DNA of 64,000 bases from Clostridia bacterium (GTDB lineage Bacteria; Bacillota; Clostridia; CAKSNL01; HGM11501). The number at the start of each line of letters is the position of its first letter. Positions within the stretch are counted from its first letter, which is position 1. The stretch lies in the NCBI GenBank assembly GCA_045588365.1, contig JAZNEB010000013.1:128803-192802 (forward strand), written 5' to 3'. Below, piece after piece: positions 1 through 8,390 of the stretch. A program made the position numbers and the translations under genes. The notes beneath the pieces are model-generated. The model saw nothing but the letters and a program-made list of their open reading frames with translations, ran no database searches and had not been told where the DNA came from.

Positions 1-121
1 AAATTATGATTACAACAATTGAGTGGAAAACAATAATAGATGACTATGGTAGTCTTTCTATATCATACAAGAAAAATTAGTATTAATTCAGAATTAAATA
101 TAAATAAGGGGGAGCATAATC

Positions 122-1165
122 ATGAAAAAAATATTATGTATATTTTTAGGTGTAGCAATAATTTTTTCACTTGCTGCTTGTGGAAAAAGTGAGGAAGTTC
201 TCAATGTTGAAAGTGCTATTAATGAAATCGGAGTTGTTACGATAGATAGTGAGTCAAAAATCATTAATGCTGAAAATGCATTAAATGATTTGGAAGAAAA
301 GGAAAAAGAGAAAATAGAAAACATAGGCATATTAAATGACGCTCGTTCCACTTATAACGATTTGAAAAAAGAGCAAGTTGAGATAGCAATACAAAATATA
401 GGGACAGTTAGTCTTGAAAATGAAGAATTAATAAAAACTATTCGTAAGCAATACGATGATTGTAATGATGCAATAAAAAAATCAATTATTAATTATCAAA
501 TACTTGTTGATGCTGAAATAGAATTAAGCAAACAAAGAGCGAGTCGGATAATTGATATGATTGAAAAAATAGGGACTATTACATTAAATGATGAAGAAAT
601 AATTACAGAGGCTAAAGCGGCATATGATAAGCTTTCTAACGAAGAAAAGAAATTAGTAACAAATAGAGAAATATTATTAGATGCTCCTGATAAACTTAAA
701 GAATTAAAACTTAATTCGGCAAAAGCTGGCTTAAAAGTTACAACAGATAAAGTTGAAGGAATAACATGGTACGAATCTAAAAGTCAGCCATATTATGCAG
801 ATACTAGAAGTTATGTATTGCCATACATTGGACAATCTTCCAGCAATACATGGCTTAAATTGCAATACCGATATACAGGAGATAGCTGGATTTTTTTTGA
901 TAGTGTAACTATAGTAATAGATGGTGAAAAATACACAAAAACATTTGGATATAACGAAGTTGACAGAGATAATGATACTGAAGTGTGGGAGTGGGTTCAT
1001 GTTAACCCGACTAGTTCAGATATTGACATGTTATGGAAGATTGCAAATTCAAAAGAAACAATCGTGAGATTTCAAGGGGATACAAAACATTATGATATGA
1101 CAGTAAGTTCTGCTGATAAAAAAGGGATTAAAGATGTATTAACTGCGTATGAACTAATGAAGTGA
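122..1165 (+). CDS. Secreted lipoprotein of unknown function with three internal ~55-aa repeats
   Basis: GGGGGAG RBS lies upstream of the ATG. The signal peptide ends in the lipobox LAAC. Three tandem repeats share I-x-x-IG-x-V/I-S/T-L ... Y-D/N-x-L ... L-x-DA. A distinct C-terminal ~130-aa domain follows. Confidence 0.6.
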   Translation: MKKILCIFLGVAIIFSLAACGKSEEVLNVESAINEIGVVTIDSESKIINAENALNDLEEKEKEKIENIGILNDARSTYNDLKKEQVEIAIQNIGTVSLENEELIKTIRKQYDDCNDAIKKSIINYQILVDAEIELSKQRASRIIDMIEKIGTITLNDEEIITEAKAAYDKLSNEEKKLVTNREILLDAPDKLKELKLNSAKAGLKVTTDKVEGITWYESKSQPYYADTRSYVLPYIGQSSSNTWLKLQYRYTGDSWIFFDSVTIVIDGEKYTKTFGYNEVDRDNDTEVWEWVHVNPTSSDIDMLWKIANSKETIVRFQGDTKHYDMTVSSADKKGIKDVLTAYELMK

Positions 1166-1208
1166 TTTAGATAGTGTATGCCATCTAAATCGTTCGCCTC
1201 TTCCAAAT

Positions 1209-1266
1209 AAACAGACACCCTAATTTGAACTATGAATGTTCGATATAAGGTGTCTGTTTTCATTTT
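1209..1266 (+). terminator. Hairpin after the lipoprotein gene (11-bp stem, long loop, partial U-run)
   Basis: aaacagacacc (1209-1219) pairs perfectly with ggtgtctgttt (1249-1259) and is followed by tcatttt. Confidence 0.35.
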
Positions 1267-1378
1267 ACCCAGCACAAATAAAGGCTTTAGAAGCATTTTA
1301 CTTTAAAGATGTTAATGCTACACTAAAACCATTTTAGGTTAAAAATTGAATTGGATTGTGAAAAAAGTTTCTAACGAA

Positions 1379-2196
1379 CTACTCTTGTTCGATTGAAACT
1401 TTTTCTTTTTGTCTTAAATAGTGATAAAAATCAGCCTCTGCTTTATTTGGTGTACGATACCTCAAAAAAGTGTGCGGTCTCTTGTCATTATAGAACACTA
1501 CATAATCGGACAAAGCCTTCCGTAAATGCTCTTCAGATTTATAATTTGTCTTATATAATTCTTCTTGTTTTAAAGTTTTGAAAAACGATTCACAGACGGA
1601 ATTGTCGTAGGGAACGGCTCTCCTTGAAAATGATTGTTGAATACCGAATGAAAGGAGAGAAGTTCTGAAAGCTTTTGCAGTATAATTTTTTCCTTGGTCA
1701 CTATGAAATAACAGTTTTGAAGGATCCGGTTTTCTTTCTTCGTATGCGTTAATTAAACTTGTTTTCGTCAACCATGTGGAATTTCGTTTTGATACAGTAA
1801 GTGAAATTATTTTCCTTGCATATAGGTCTAATATAACACAAATATAATATGTTTTATCCTTTAACTTGAAATATGTAACATCACTAACCCAAACTTCGTT
1901 AGGTGCTTGAGGATTGAATTGCTGATTCAGAATGTTCTGTTTGCGCTTTTGGTTTTGAAGATATATAGTTTTGGAACTTGATTTAATACTAAACCAACCA
2001 TTTTCGTGCATTATTTTGGCGACAGTTTTCTCTGTTGTTTTATAGCCTCTGTCATTCATTATTGCAGCGACTTTGCCAGAACCAAAGGTTTGCTTACTTT
2101 CGTTATAAATTTCCTCTACAATGGGGGTTAATTCTTTAATCCTTTGTGCGGCTAATGTGTTGTCATTTTTGTTTCGTAGAATGTGATTGTAGTATC
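1379..2196 (-). mobile_element. IS3-family transposase OrfB (DDE/rve integrase core) remnant; orfA and the upstream IS end are missing
   Basis: ORF 1379-2059 carries IS3 OrfB hallmarks (WVSDVTY, HSDQGKNY, NSVCESFFKTLKQE). The frame stays open upstream to ~2196 with no start codon, as expected for a frameshift-fused OrfAB. No orfA/HTH ORF or slippery site precedes it; the XRE gene's terminator abuts directly. Confidence 0.8.
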
Positions 2197-2214
2197 ATAA
2201 AATTACGAAATAGA

Positions 2215-2262
2215 CAAAAAAATAAAAGCAAACAAGTTTTAAAAACTAATTGCTTTTATTTT
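2215..2262 (-). terminator. Intrinsic terminator of the XRE gene
   Basis: On the minus strand aaaagcaa ... ttgctttt forms a hairpin followed by a U-run. Confidence 0.4.
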
Positions 2263-2270
2263 TGAGAAAA

Positions 2271-2885
2271 TTAGTCTCTGTTTTCATTTTTAAGAACTTC
2301 CGAAGAGGAATGGCGGATTAAGAAACCAAACAAATCGGAGGAGGAGTTATCAATGATATTGATGAGTTCCTTTTTGCTTGCTTCCATTTTTTTATAAAAT
2401 TTAAATATATCATTTTCCTCGATACCTTGTTCTAAATCAGAATTATTTACGGTATCTGAAAAGGTGCGAAAAAGGTCAGTGAACTCTATAATTATGTTTA
2501 TAAATTTATCAATCATATAATTTTTATCAGAAGTAAGTTGATTTACTGCAAAGTTATCTTGCAGCAACCAATTTATTGCTGAAATCAACTCGTTTTTATA
2601 TTTTTCAGGCAACATGTTGAGTCCTAATTCAAGCGTATTTGATGAAGTAATCCATTGGGTATAATGTTCATTGTTTTTGAAAGGACTGATTCCAAAAATA
2701 TAATCTGGAGTACAGTTAAAAAATTGACAAGCCTTGGATATAAATATGCTGTCAGGGGGGCGTTTTCCAAGCTCATATCCTGCAATTGTCATTCTGGTAA
2801 CTCCCAGCTCGGCAGCAAGTTTTTCTTGCGAAATATTTTGTTCTTCTCTTAAACTGCGTAAACGTTCTTTGACTGTATCATTCAT
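2271..2885 (-). CDS. XRE-family HTH transcriptional regulator with a ~130-aa C-terminal domain of unknown function
   Basis: N-terminal HTH_XRE signature QEKLAAELGVTRMTIAGYELGKRPP. The gene is divergently oriented from the toxin operon. Confidence 0.8.
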   Translation of the reverse strand: MNDTVKERLRSLREEQNISQEKLAAELGVTRMTIAGYELGKRPPDSIFISKACQFFNCTPDYIFGISPFKNNEHYTQWITSSNTLELGLNMLPEKYKNELISAINWLLQDNFAVNQLTSDKNYMIDKFINIIIEFTDLFRTFSDTVNNSDLEQGIEENDIFKFYKKMEASKKELINIIDNSSSDLFGFLIRHSSSEVLKNENRD

Positions 2886-2959
2886 TAGTAAATCACCTCT
2901 TATATGATCATATCATTTATTGAATAAAAAATCAAGCATAAAATATTTATCAAAAACCA

Positions 2960-2988
2960 TTGGCAAGATTAAAAATATATGCTATAAT
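2960..2988 (+). promoter_or_regulatory. Sigma-A-type promoter of the toxin/immunity operon
   Basis: -35 TTGGCA (2960-2965), 17-nt spacer, -10 TATAAT (2983-2988). Confidence 0.5.
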
Positions 2989-3028
2989 TTATAATGATAA
3001 ATATTTTAGGCAAGAATGGAGGTGAAAA

Positions 3029-3538
3029 ATGAGATATAGTTCAAAATGGAAAATGTGGAAGGCGATTCTTGATTTTAAAATTTGCTTGAATTGTCGTAAG
3101 AATCATGGTAAAATATACGAAATAAATGAATTTGTATATCCCGAACCACCGCTTCATCCAAATTGTAGATGTGAAATTGAAAGACTTAGAGTTTTGCTTG
3201 CTGGAACTGCAACAAATGATGGAATAGAGGGAGCAGACTTACATTTGAAACTCTATGGAAAACTACCAAGTTATTACATATCAAAAGAAGTTGCTGAGCA
3301 ACTTGGGTATAAGTCATATTTGGGAAATTTATCAAGAGTTGCACCAAATAAAATGCTTTTTAAGGGGTTTTATGAAAATAGAGATGGACATTTACCATCT
3401 GCTCCAGGCAGAATATGGTACGAAGCAGATATAAATTACGAGGTAGGTTATAGGGGAACAGAGAGAATATTGTTTTCAAATGACGGATTGATTTTTGTAA
3501 CTTATGACCATTATCATACTTTTGTCGAAATTGAATAA
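3029..3538 (+). CDS. Barnase-family ribonuclease toxin fused to a short MuF C-terminal (CxxC...PLHPNCRC) segment
   Basis: GGAGG RBS. aa 1-55 contain CLNC ... PLHPNCRC. aa ~62-169 align to B. amyloliquefaciens barnase, including the K27, E73 (WYEADI), R83/R87 (GYRGTERIL) and H102 (DHYHTF) equivalents. No signal peptide. Confidence 0.85.
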   Translation: MRYSSKWKMWKAILDFKICLNCRKNHGKIYEINEFVYPEPPLHPNCRCEIERLRVLLAGTATNDGIEGADLHLKLYGKLPSYYISKEVAEQLGYKSYLGNLSRVAPNKMLFKGFYENRDGHLPSAPGRIWYEADINYEVGYRGTERILFSNDGLIFVTYDHYHTFVEIE

Positions 3539-3549
3539 GGAGGGATTCT

Positions 3550-3879
3550 ATGAATTACGAAGAACACATAAAACGGTATGCATTTAAACCAATAAAAGAA
3601 AATCCAATTATATTAGATTTTACAGGTTGCAAATATTTAGGGGAAATACATTTGATATTGAAAACAAAATTTGGCTTGCCTGAATATTATGGTGAAAATT
3701 GGGATGCGCTATGGGATTGCTTGCAGGGACTTTTTAATCAAAGAGGAAACTTTAAGGTTAATATATATGGTTTTTTTTCATTGCCTGATGATTTAAGGGA
3801 ATATTGTAAAACTATGCTTGAAATTTTTGATGATGTACATGAAGAAACCCCTAATGTATTGTTTGAACTTATTTCATGA
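3550..3879 (+). CDS. Barstar-family ribonuclease inhibitor (immunity protein)
   Basis: LPEYYGENWDALWDCL matches the barstar helix-2 inhibitory motif (Y29, D35, D39 equivalents). It starts 11 nt after the toxin stop and has an AGGAGGG RBS. Confidence 0.85.
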   Translation: MNYEEHIKRYAFKPIKENPIILDFTGCKYLGEIHLILKTKFGLPEYYGENWDALWDCLQGLFNQRGNFKVNIYGFFSLPDDLREYCKTMLEIFDDVHEETPNVLFELIS

Positions 3880-4065
3880 GTTGCATCTATTTTGTACGTG
3901 AAAGCCATAAAAACAAAGAATTTGTAATATGGGAGAAAGTTCAGCAGTTACAAAATCACCCATAAGCCTTATAGGGTTCGACACCCTTTGGCTTAAGGAT
4001 ACGCTGCTTTTTTATTTGACAAAAAATTCTTCCTATATTATAATGAATAAAAAGGAGTGGGGAAT

Positions 4066-4746
4066 ATGAAAAAAATTATCAGTATGCTTTTGGCTTTATT
4101 AATGCTGGCATCAATGGGGATTAGCTCTTTTGCGGTAGAGAGTGAAGAAGCTGCGGCAAAGGATTTATCCAAGTATGGAATTATGAGTGGTTTCCCTGAC
4201 GGAAGCTTTGGTCTTGACCAGACCATAACCCGTGCACAGATAGCAAAAATGATAGTAACGGCTCTGGGGTTTAGTGATATGGACATGGGCAGAAGCTATT
4301 TTATGGATGTGCCTGATACCCACTGGGCAAAAAACTATATCAACTATGCCCGTGATGAACAGATAGTGGGCGGCTTTGAAGACGGTACATTTAAACCGGA
4401 TGAGAGTGTAACCACAAATCAGGCAATTAAAATGGTTGTAAGTATGATGTCATACGACAAGTATGCCGTAGGGGATTATGATAAGAATTTTTATTCGCAC
4501 ATCAGCATCTTGAAATATCCCTACGATTATGTTACTATTGCAAAAAAACGCAATTTGTTGGCAGCGGACTATTTGCCGGTGGATGCGCCCGCAACCCGTG
4601 GCTTTGTGGCAACTTTAATTGCGACGGCTCTTGACCTTCCTATAGCAAAAGCGGTAGGATATACTGAGAGAGGTAAAGGCTATGCCCTTATGGACGGCAC
4701 TAACGGAAGAAGCGTTATAACCTTAAGAGGAAACTTAGAAAAATAA
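4066..4746 (+). CDS. SLH-domain cell-surface protein
   Basis: AAAGGAG RBS and a signal peptide (MKKIISMLLALLMLASMGISSFA). Two clear SLH repeats are present (GIMSGFPDGSFGLDQTITRAQIAKMIV and HWAKNYINYARDEQIVGGFEDGTFKPDESVTTNQAIKMVV). Confidence 0.75.
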   Translation: MKKIISMLLALLMLASMGISSFAVESEEAAAKDLSKYGIMSGFPDGSFGLDQTITRAQIAKMIVTALGFSDMDMGRSYFMDVPDTHWAKNYINYARDEQIVGGFEDGTFKPDESVTTNQAIKMVVSMMSYDKYAVGDYDKNFYSHISILKYPYDYVTIAKKRNLLAADYLPVDAPATRGFVATLIATALDLPIAKAVGYTERGKGYALMDGTNGRSVITLRGNLEK

Positions 4747-4756
4747 TTTCTGCATT

Positions 4757-4786
4757 TAAAAAGCACCCGTTGGGTGCTTTTTTATT
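4757..4786 (+). terminator. Intrinsic terminator
   Basis: gcaccc gtt gggtgc hairpin followed by a T-run. Confidence 0.7.
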
Positions 4787-4892
4787 TTAGAATAAAGATA
4801 GTTTTACAAAAAACAACTTTTTTATTTACAAAAGTCTTATTCTATGGTAATATATCCAATTGAAGCAATAAATAAAATTGGAGGAATATATA

Positions 4893-5639
4893 ATGGAAGG
4901 AAAGATTTTGGCGAGAGTAGGTACTCTTACCGTAACAGAGAACGAAGTAAATGAAATGATAATGTCTTTCATGCAGAGAGGACAGAATCTTGACAATCCC
5001 GAAGGCAGAAAAATGATTTTGCAAAGATTAGTTGAAAACAAGCTGTTTTTGCTTGATGCCCAGAAAAATATGTACGAATTCAATGCAGAATTCAAGGCGC
5101 AGTTCCAGAGAATAAAGGAAGATATGCTTGTGAAATTTGCCATGGGAAAAGCTATGGAAGCAATAAAGCCCGCTACAGATGATGAGGTTAAAAAGTTCTA
5201 CGAAGAAAACAAGGAAATCTTCGTAAAGGAAGAATCCGTAAACGCAAGCCACATTTTAGTTGATTCTGAGGATAAAGCAAATGAGATTTTAGCTAAAATA
5301 AATAATGGTGAGGTTTCCTTTGAAGATGCGGCAAGAGAAAACAGCTCCTGCCCCTCTAAAGACAACGGAGGAAACCTTGGAGAATTTACCAAAGGTCAGA
5401 TGGTTAAGGAGTTTGACGAGGCGGTATTTTCCATGGCAGTAGGTGAGATAAAGGGGCCCGTTAAAACCCAGTTCGGCTATCACTTAATTAAGCTTTGTGC
5501 TAAGAACGAAGCAAAAACCTACGAATTTGATGAAATTAAAGAACAGCTTTTTGAAATGACAATGAAGGATAAGCAGCAGAAAGCTTATCAGAGCAAAATC
5601 AATCAGCTTAAAATACTTTATCCCGTTGATATTGCGTAA
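4893..5639 (+). CDS. Parvulin-type peptidyl-prolyl cis-trans isomerase (PpiC/SurA-like), no obvious signal peptide
   Basis: PPIC rotamase motifs are present (ASHILV ... GGNLGEFTKGQMVKEFDEAVF ... GPVKTQFGYHLIKL). The start is moved to ATG 4893, 9 nt after GGAGG. Confidence 0.8.
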   Translation: MEGKILARVGTLTVTENEVNEMIMSFMQRGQNLDNPEGRKMILQRLVENKLFLLDAQKNMYEFNAEFKAQFQRIKEDMLVKFAMGKAMEAIKPATDDEVKKFYEENKEIFVKEESVNASHILVDSEDKANEILAKINNGEVSFEDAARENSSCPSKDNGGNLGEFTKGQMVKEFDEAVFSMAVGEIKGPVKTQFGYHLIKLCAKNEAKTYEFDEIKEQLFEMTMKDKQQKAYQSKINQLKILYPVDIA

Positions 5640-5649
5640 AAGAAGTTGA

Positions 5650-5678
5650 AAAAGACACCTTCGGGTGTCTTTTTTTGC
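5650..5678 (+). terminator. Intrinsic terminator
   Basis: aaaagacacc ttcg ggtgtctttttt. Confidence 0.75.
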
Positions 5679-5770
5679 GGTAAAATATCTGAAAATGTTA
5701 TTTTCCTATCTGTTTTTTATGTTTTATGCAAAATTTTTCTGTGTTTTTGTTATTTTTTCTTTGAAAACTA

Positions 5771-5799
5771 TTGATTTTTTTGAAACTATGTAGTATAAT
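5771..5799 (+). promoter_or_regulatory. Sigma-A-type promoter of the GRE-aldolase operon
   Basis: -35 TTGATT (5771-5776), 17-nt spacer, -10 TATAAT (5794-5799). The ORF-track TTG start at 5771 is this -35 box. Confidence 0.5.
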
Positions 5800-5830
5800 T
5801 AAAATTGTCAAAAAATCGGGAGGTTTAAAT

Positions 5831-8362
5831 ATGAAGACGATTTACACTACTGAAATTTCAAAATCCGATCGTATCCAGAAGCTTATAGATGATTTATATT
5901 CGGGAACTCCCACCATCGAATCCACCCGTGCGGAAATTATCACAGAAAGCTTTAAGGCAACAGAGGACAAACCTTTACATATAAGAAAGTCCCGTGCTTT
6001 TTATGCTCTTTGCGAAAAGCTGCCCGTGGTTATCCGTGATGATGAACTTATTGTAGGCTGTAACTGCTTTGCAAGAAGAGGTTGTCCTACATTCCCCGAA
6101 TTTTCCAATAAGTGGCTTGAGGACGAATTTGATACAGTTGCTAAAAGAAGTGCAGACCCCTTTTATATAACTGATGAAACAAAGGCAAAGCTTAAGGAAA
6201 TTCACAAGTACTGGCAGGGAAGAACCACCAGTGAGCTTGCTACATCCTACATGGCACCCGAGGCGATTTCCGCCATTGAGCACAATATCTTTACCGTAGG
6301 AAACTATTTCTACAATGGTATCGGCCATGTTAACGTGGACTATGCAAAGGTTCTCGCAATCGGTTACGAGGGAATATATGCCCAGGCTAAGGCGGAGCGT
6401 GATAAGTGCAACGTATATGACAAAGACTATGCAGAAAGATTTAATTTCTTAACTTCAGTTATGGAAAGCTGCGAGGGTGCTATGCTCTTTGCCAAGCGCT
6501 ACTCTGACGAAGCTAAGAAAATGGCTGAAAGTGAAACAAACCCCGAGAGAAAGAAAGAGCTCTTAAAAATTGCAGAGGTTTGTGCTAAAGTTCCTTCAAA
6601 GGGTGCAGAAAGCTTTTATGAAGCCTGCCAGTCTTTCTGGTTTATACAGCTTTTGATACAGACCGAATCTTCGGGACATTCCGTTTCTCCCGGTCGATTC
6701 GACCAGTATATGTATCCTTATTATAAGAATGATTTGGATAAGGGTGTAATGACAAGAGAAGAAGCTCAGGAATTAATCGACTGTGTATGGGTAAAGCTCA
6801 ACAGCTTGAACAAGGTTCGTGATGCCTTATCTGCAGAGGGATTTGCAGGATACAGTATGTTCCAGAACTTGATTGTTGGCGGACAGGACACTGAGGGAAG
6901 AGACGCCACCAACGATTTATCCTATATGTGCATAAGTGCATCAATGCATGTAAATCTTCCTCAGCCCTCGCTTTCCATGAGAGTGTGGAACGGAACTCCT
7001 CACGAGCTTATGGTGAAAGCAGCGGCACTTACCAAGACAGGTATCGGACTTCCCGCTTACTATAACGACGAAATTATTATCCCTGCTCTTATTTCAAGAG
7101 GTCTTTCCTTAAAGGATGCAAGAGATTACTGTGTAATCGGTTGTGTTGAGCCTCAGAAGGGCGGAAAGACAGACGGCTGGCATGATGCGGCATTCTTCAA
7201 TATGTGCCGTCCTATGGAGCTTGTTTTCTCAAACGGTGTGGATAAGGGCGTTCAGGTTGGTCCCAAAACCGGAAGTGTAGAAGAACTGGACACCTACGAA
7301 AAATTCTTTGACGCTTATAAAAAGCAGATGGATTATGCAATCCGTCTCATGGTAAATGCAGATAATGCCATAGACAAGGCTCATGCAGAAAGATGTCCCT
7401 TGCCTTACCTTTCTTCAATGCTTGATGATTGTATCAAGAGAGGAAAGTCAGCGCAGGAGGGCGGCTGTGTATATAACTTTACAGGTCCTCAGGGCTTCGG
7501 TATCGCCAACGTGGCAGACGGTCTTTATGCAATAGACTATCTTGTATATAAGAATAAGGAAGTTTCATTGAAAGACTTTGCAGACGCACTGAGAAACAAC
7601 TTCGGTATGCCTCTTGACGATAAATATGCAACAAGCCTTACCGTTGAAGTTGTAAAGGAAATCGTTAAAAAGGGCGTAGAGCTTTCAAATGAAGAGATTT
7701 CCGAAATATTCAGACAGATAAAGGAAAACAAGGTAGAAGATTCTCTTAAGAGAAAGTATCAGGCACTCTATGACAGAATAAAAGAGCTTCCTAAATTCGG
7801 TAATGATTTAGACGAGGTTGACCTTTACGGAAGAGAGGCAGCTTACACTTATACAAAGCCTGTTGAAAAGTATTTGAACCCCAGAGGCGGCACATACCAT
7901 GCAGGACTTTATCCCGTATCTGCTAACGTTCCCCTGGGCGCTCAGACAGGTGCTACTCCTGATGCAAGACTTGCGGGAACACCCATTGCCGACGGCGTAT
8001 CTCCTGTAGCAGGAAGCGACGTAAAGGGCCCCACCGCTGCGGCTAACTCCGTTGCAAAGCTTGACCACGGTATTGCATCCAACGGAACACTTTTCAATAT
8101 GAAATTCCACCCCTCAGCATTAAAGGGAGCTTCGGGAATAGAAGGCTTTATCGCTTTAATCCGTGCTTTCTTTGACCAGAAGGGAATGCATATGCAGTTT
8201 AACGTAGTAAGCAGAGAAACACTTCGTGATGCTCAGGCACATCCTGAAAATTATAAGAGCCTTGTGGTACGAGTTGCAGGTTATTCGGCGCTTTTCACAA
8301 CCCTTTCAAAGTCACTTCAGGATGACATTATAAACAGAACCGAACAGGGCGACATAAATTAA
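5831..8362 (+). CDS. Glycyl radical enzyme of the PFL2 / diol-dehydratase / C-X lyase clade; substrate unknown
   Basis: GGGAGG RBS before ATG 5831. It has the C-terminal glycyl radical motif VVRVAGYSALF and the thiyl loop VIGCVEPQ (Cys-x-Glu). Length is ~843 aa. Confidence 0.85.
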   Translation: MKTIYTTEISKSDRIQKLIDDLYSGTPTIESTRAEIITESFKATEDKPLHIRKSRAFYALCEKLPVVIRDDELIVGCNCFARRGCPTFPEFSNKWLEDEFDTVAKRSADPFYITDETKAKLKEIHKYWQGRTTSELATSYMAPEAISAIEHNIFTVGNYFYNGIGHVNVDYAKVLAIGYEGIYAQAKAERDKCNVYDKDYAERFNFLTSVMESCEGAMLFAKRYSDEAKKMAESETNPERKKELLKIAEVCAKVPSKGAESFYEACQSFWFIQLLIQTESSGHSVSPGRFDQYMYPYYKNDLDKGVMTREEAQELIDCVWVKLNSLNKVRDALSAEGFAGYSMFQNLIVGGQDTEGRDATNDLSYMCISASMHVNLPQPSLSMRVWNGTPHELMVKAAALTKTGIGLPAYYNDEIIIPALISRGLSLKDARDYCVIGCVEPQKGGKTDGWHDAAFFNMCRPMELVFSNGVDKGVQVGPKTGSVEELDTYEKFFDAYKKQMDYAIRLMVNADNAIDKAHAERCPLPYLSSMLDDCIKRGKSAQEGGCVYNFTGPQGFGIANVADGLYAIDYLVYKNKEVSLKDFADALRNNFGMPLDDKYATSLTVEVVKEIVKKGVELSNEEISEIFRQIKENKVEDSLKRKYQALYDRIKELPKFGNDLDEVDLYGREAAYTYTKPVEKYLNPRGGTYHAGLYPVSANVPLGAQTGATPDARLAGTPIADGVSPVAGSDVKGPTAAANSVAKLDHGIASNGTLFNMKFHPSALKGASGIEGFIALIRAFFDQKGMHMQFNVVSRETLRDAQAHPENYKSLVVRVAGYSALFTTLSKSLQDDIINRTEQGDIN

Positions 8363-8390
8363 AATAAATAACAACTTAGGAGGATGAGTT

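Noticed and set aside
3963-4013. Hairpin TAAGCC-ttat-AGGG-TTCGACA-CCCT-tt-GGCTTA resembling a tRNA T-arm plus acceptor minihelix. It could be a tRNA 3'-end fragment or an att scar of the decayed prophage.
   Set aside because: No D or anticodon arms and no CCA-proximal context are present, and no tRNA gene is nearby. The T-loop similarity is only 7 nt. It may simply be a weak terminator after barstar (the U-run starts 12 nt downstream), so a tRNA remnant cannot be supported.
5771-5830. ORF-track N-terminal extensions: GRE from TTG 5771, small ORF from TTG 47453, and hdrA 14485, pyrH 31523, rpoD 42718, yeiH 48437, TRIC 49608, lon 54528, ACT 60818 and hom 61251.
   Set aside because: In each case an internal ATG or GTG is preceded by a proper GGAGG-type RBS at 5-10 nt. 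The extension either overlaps the upstream gene or its terminator, or is itself the -35 box of the promoter. Shorter starts are used.
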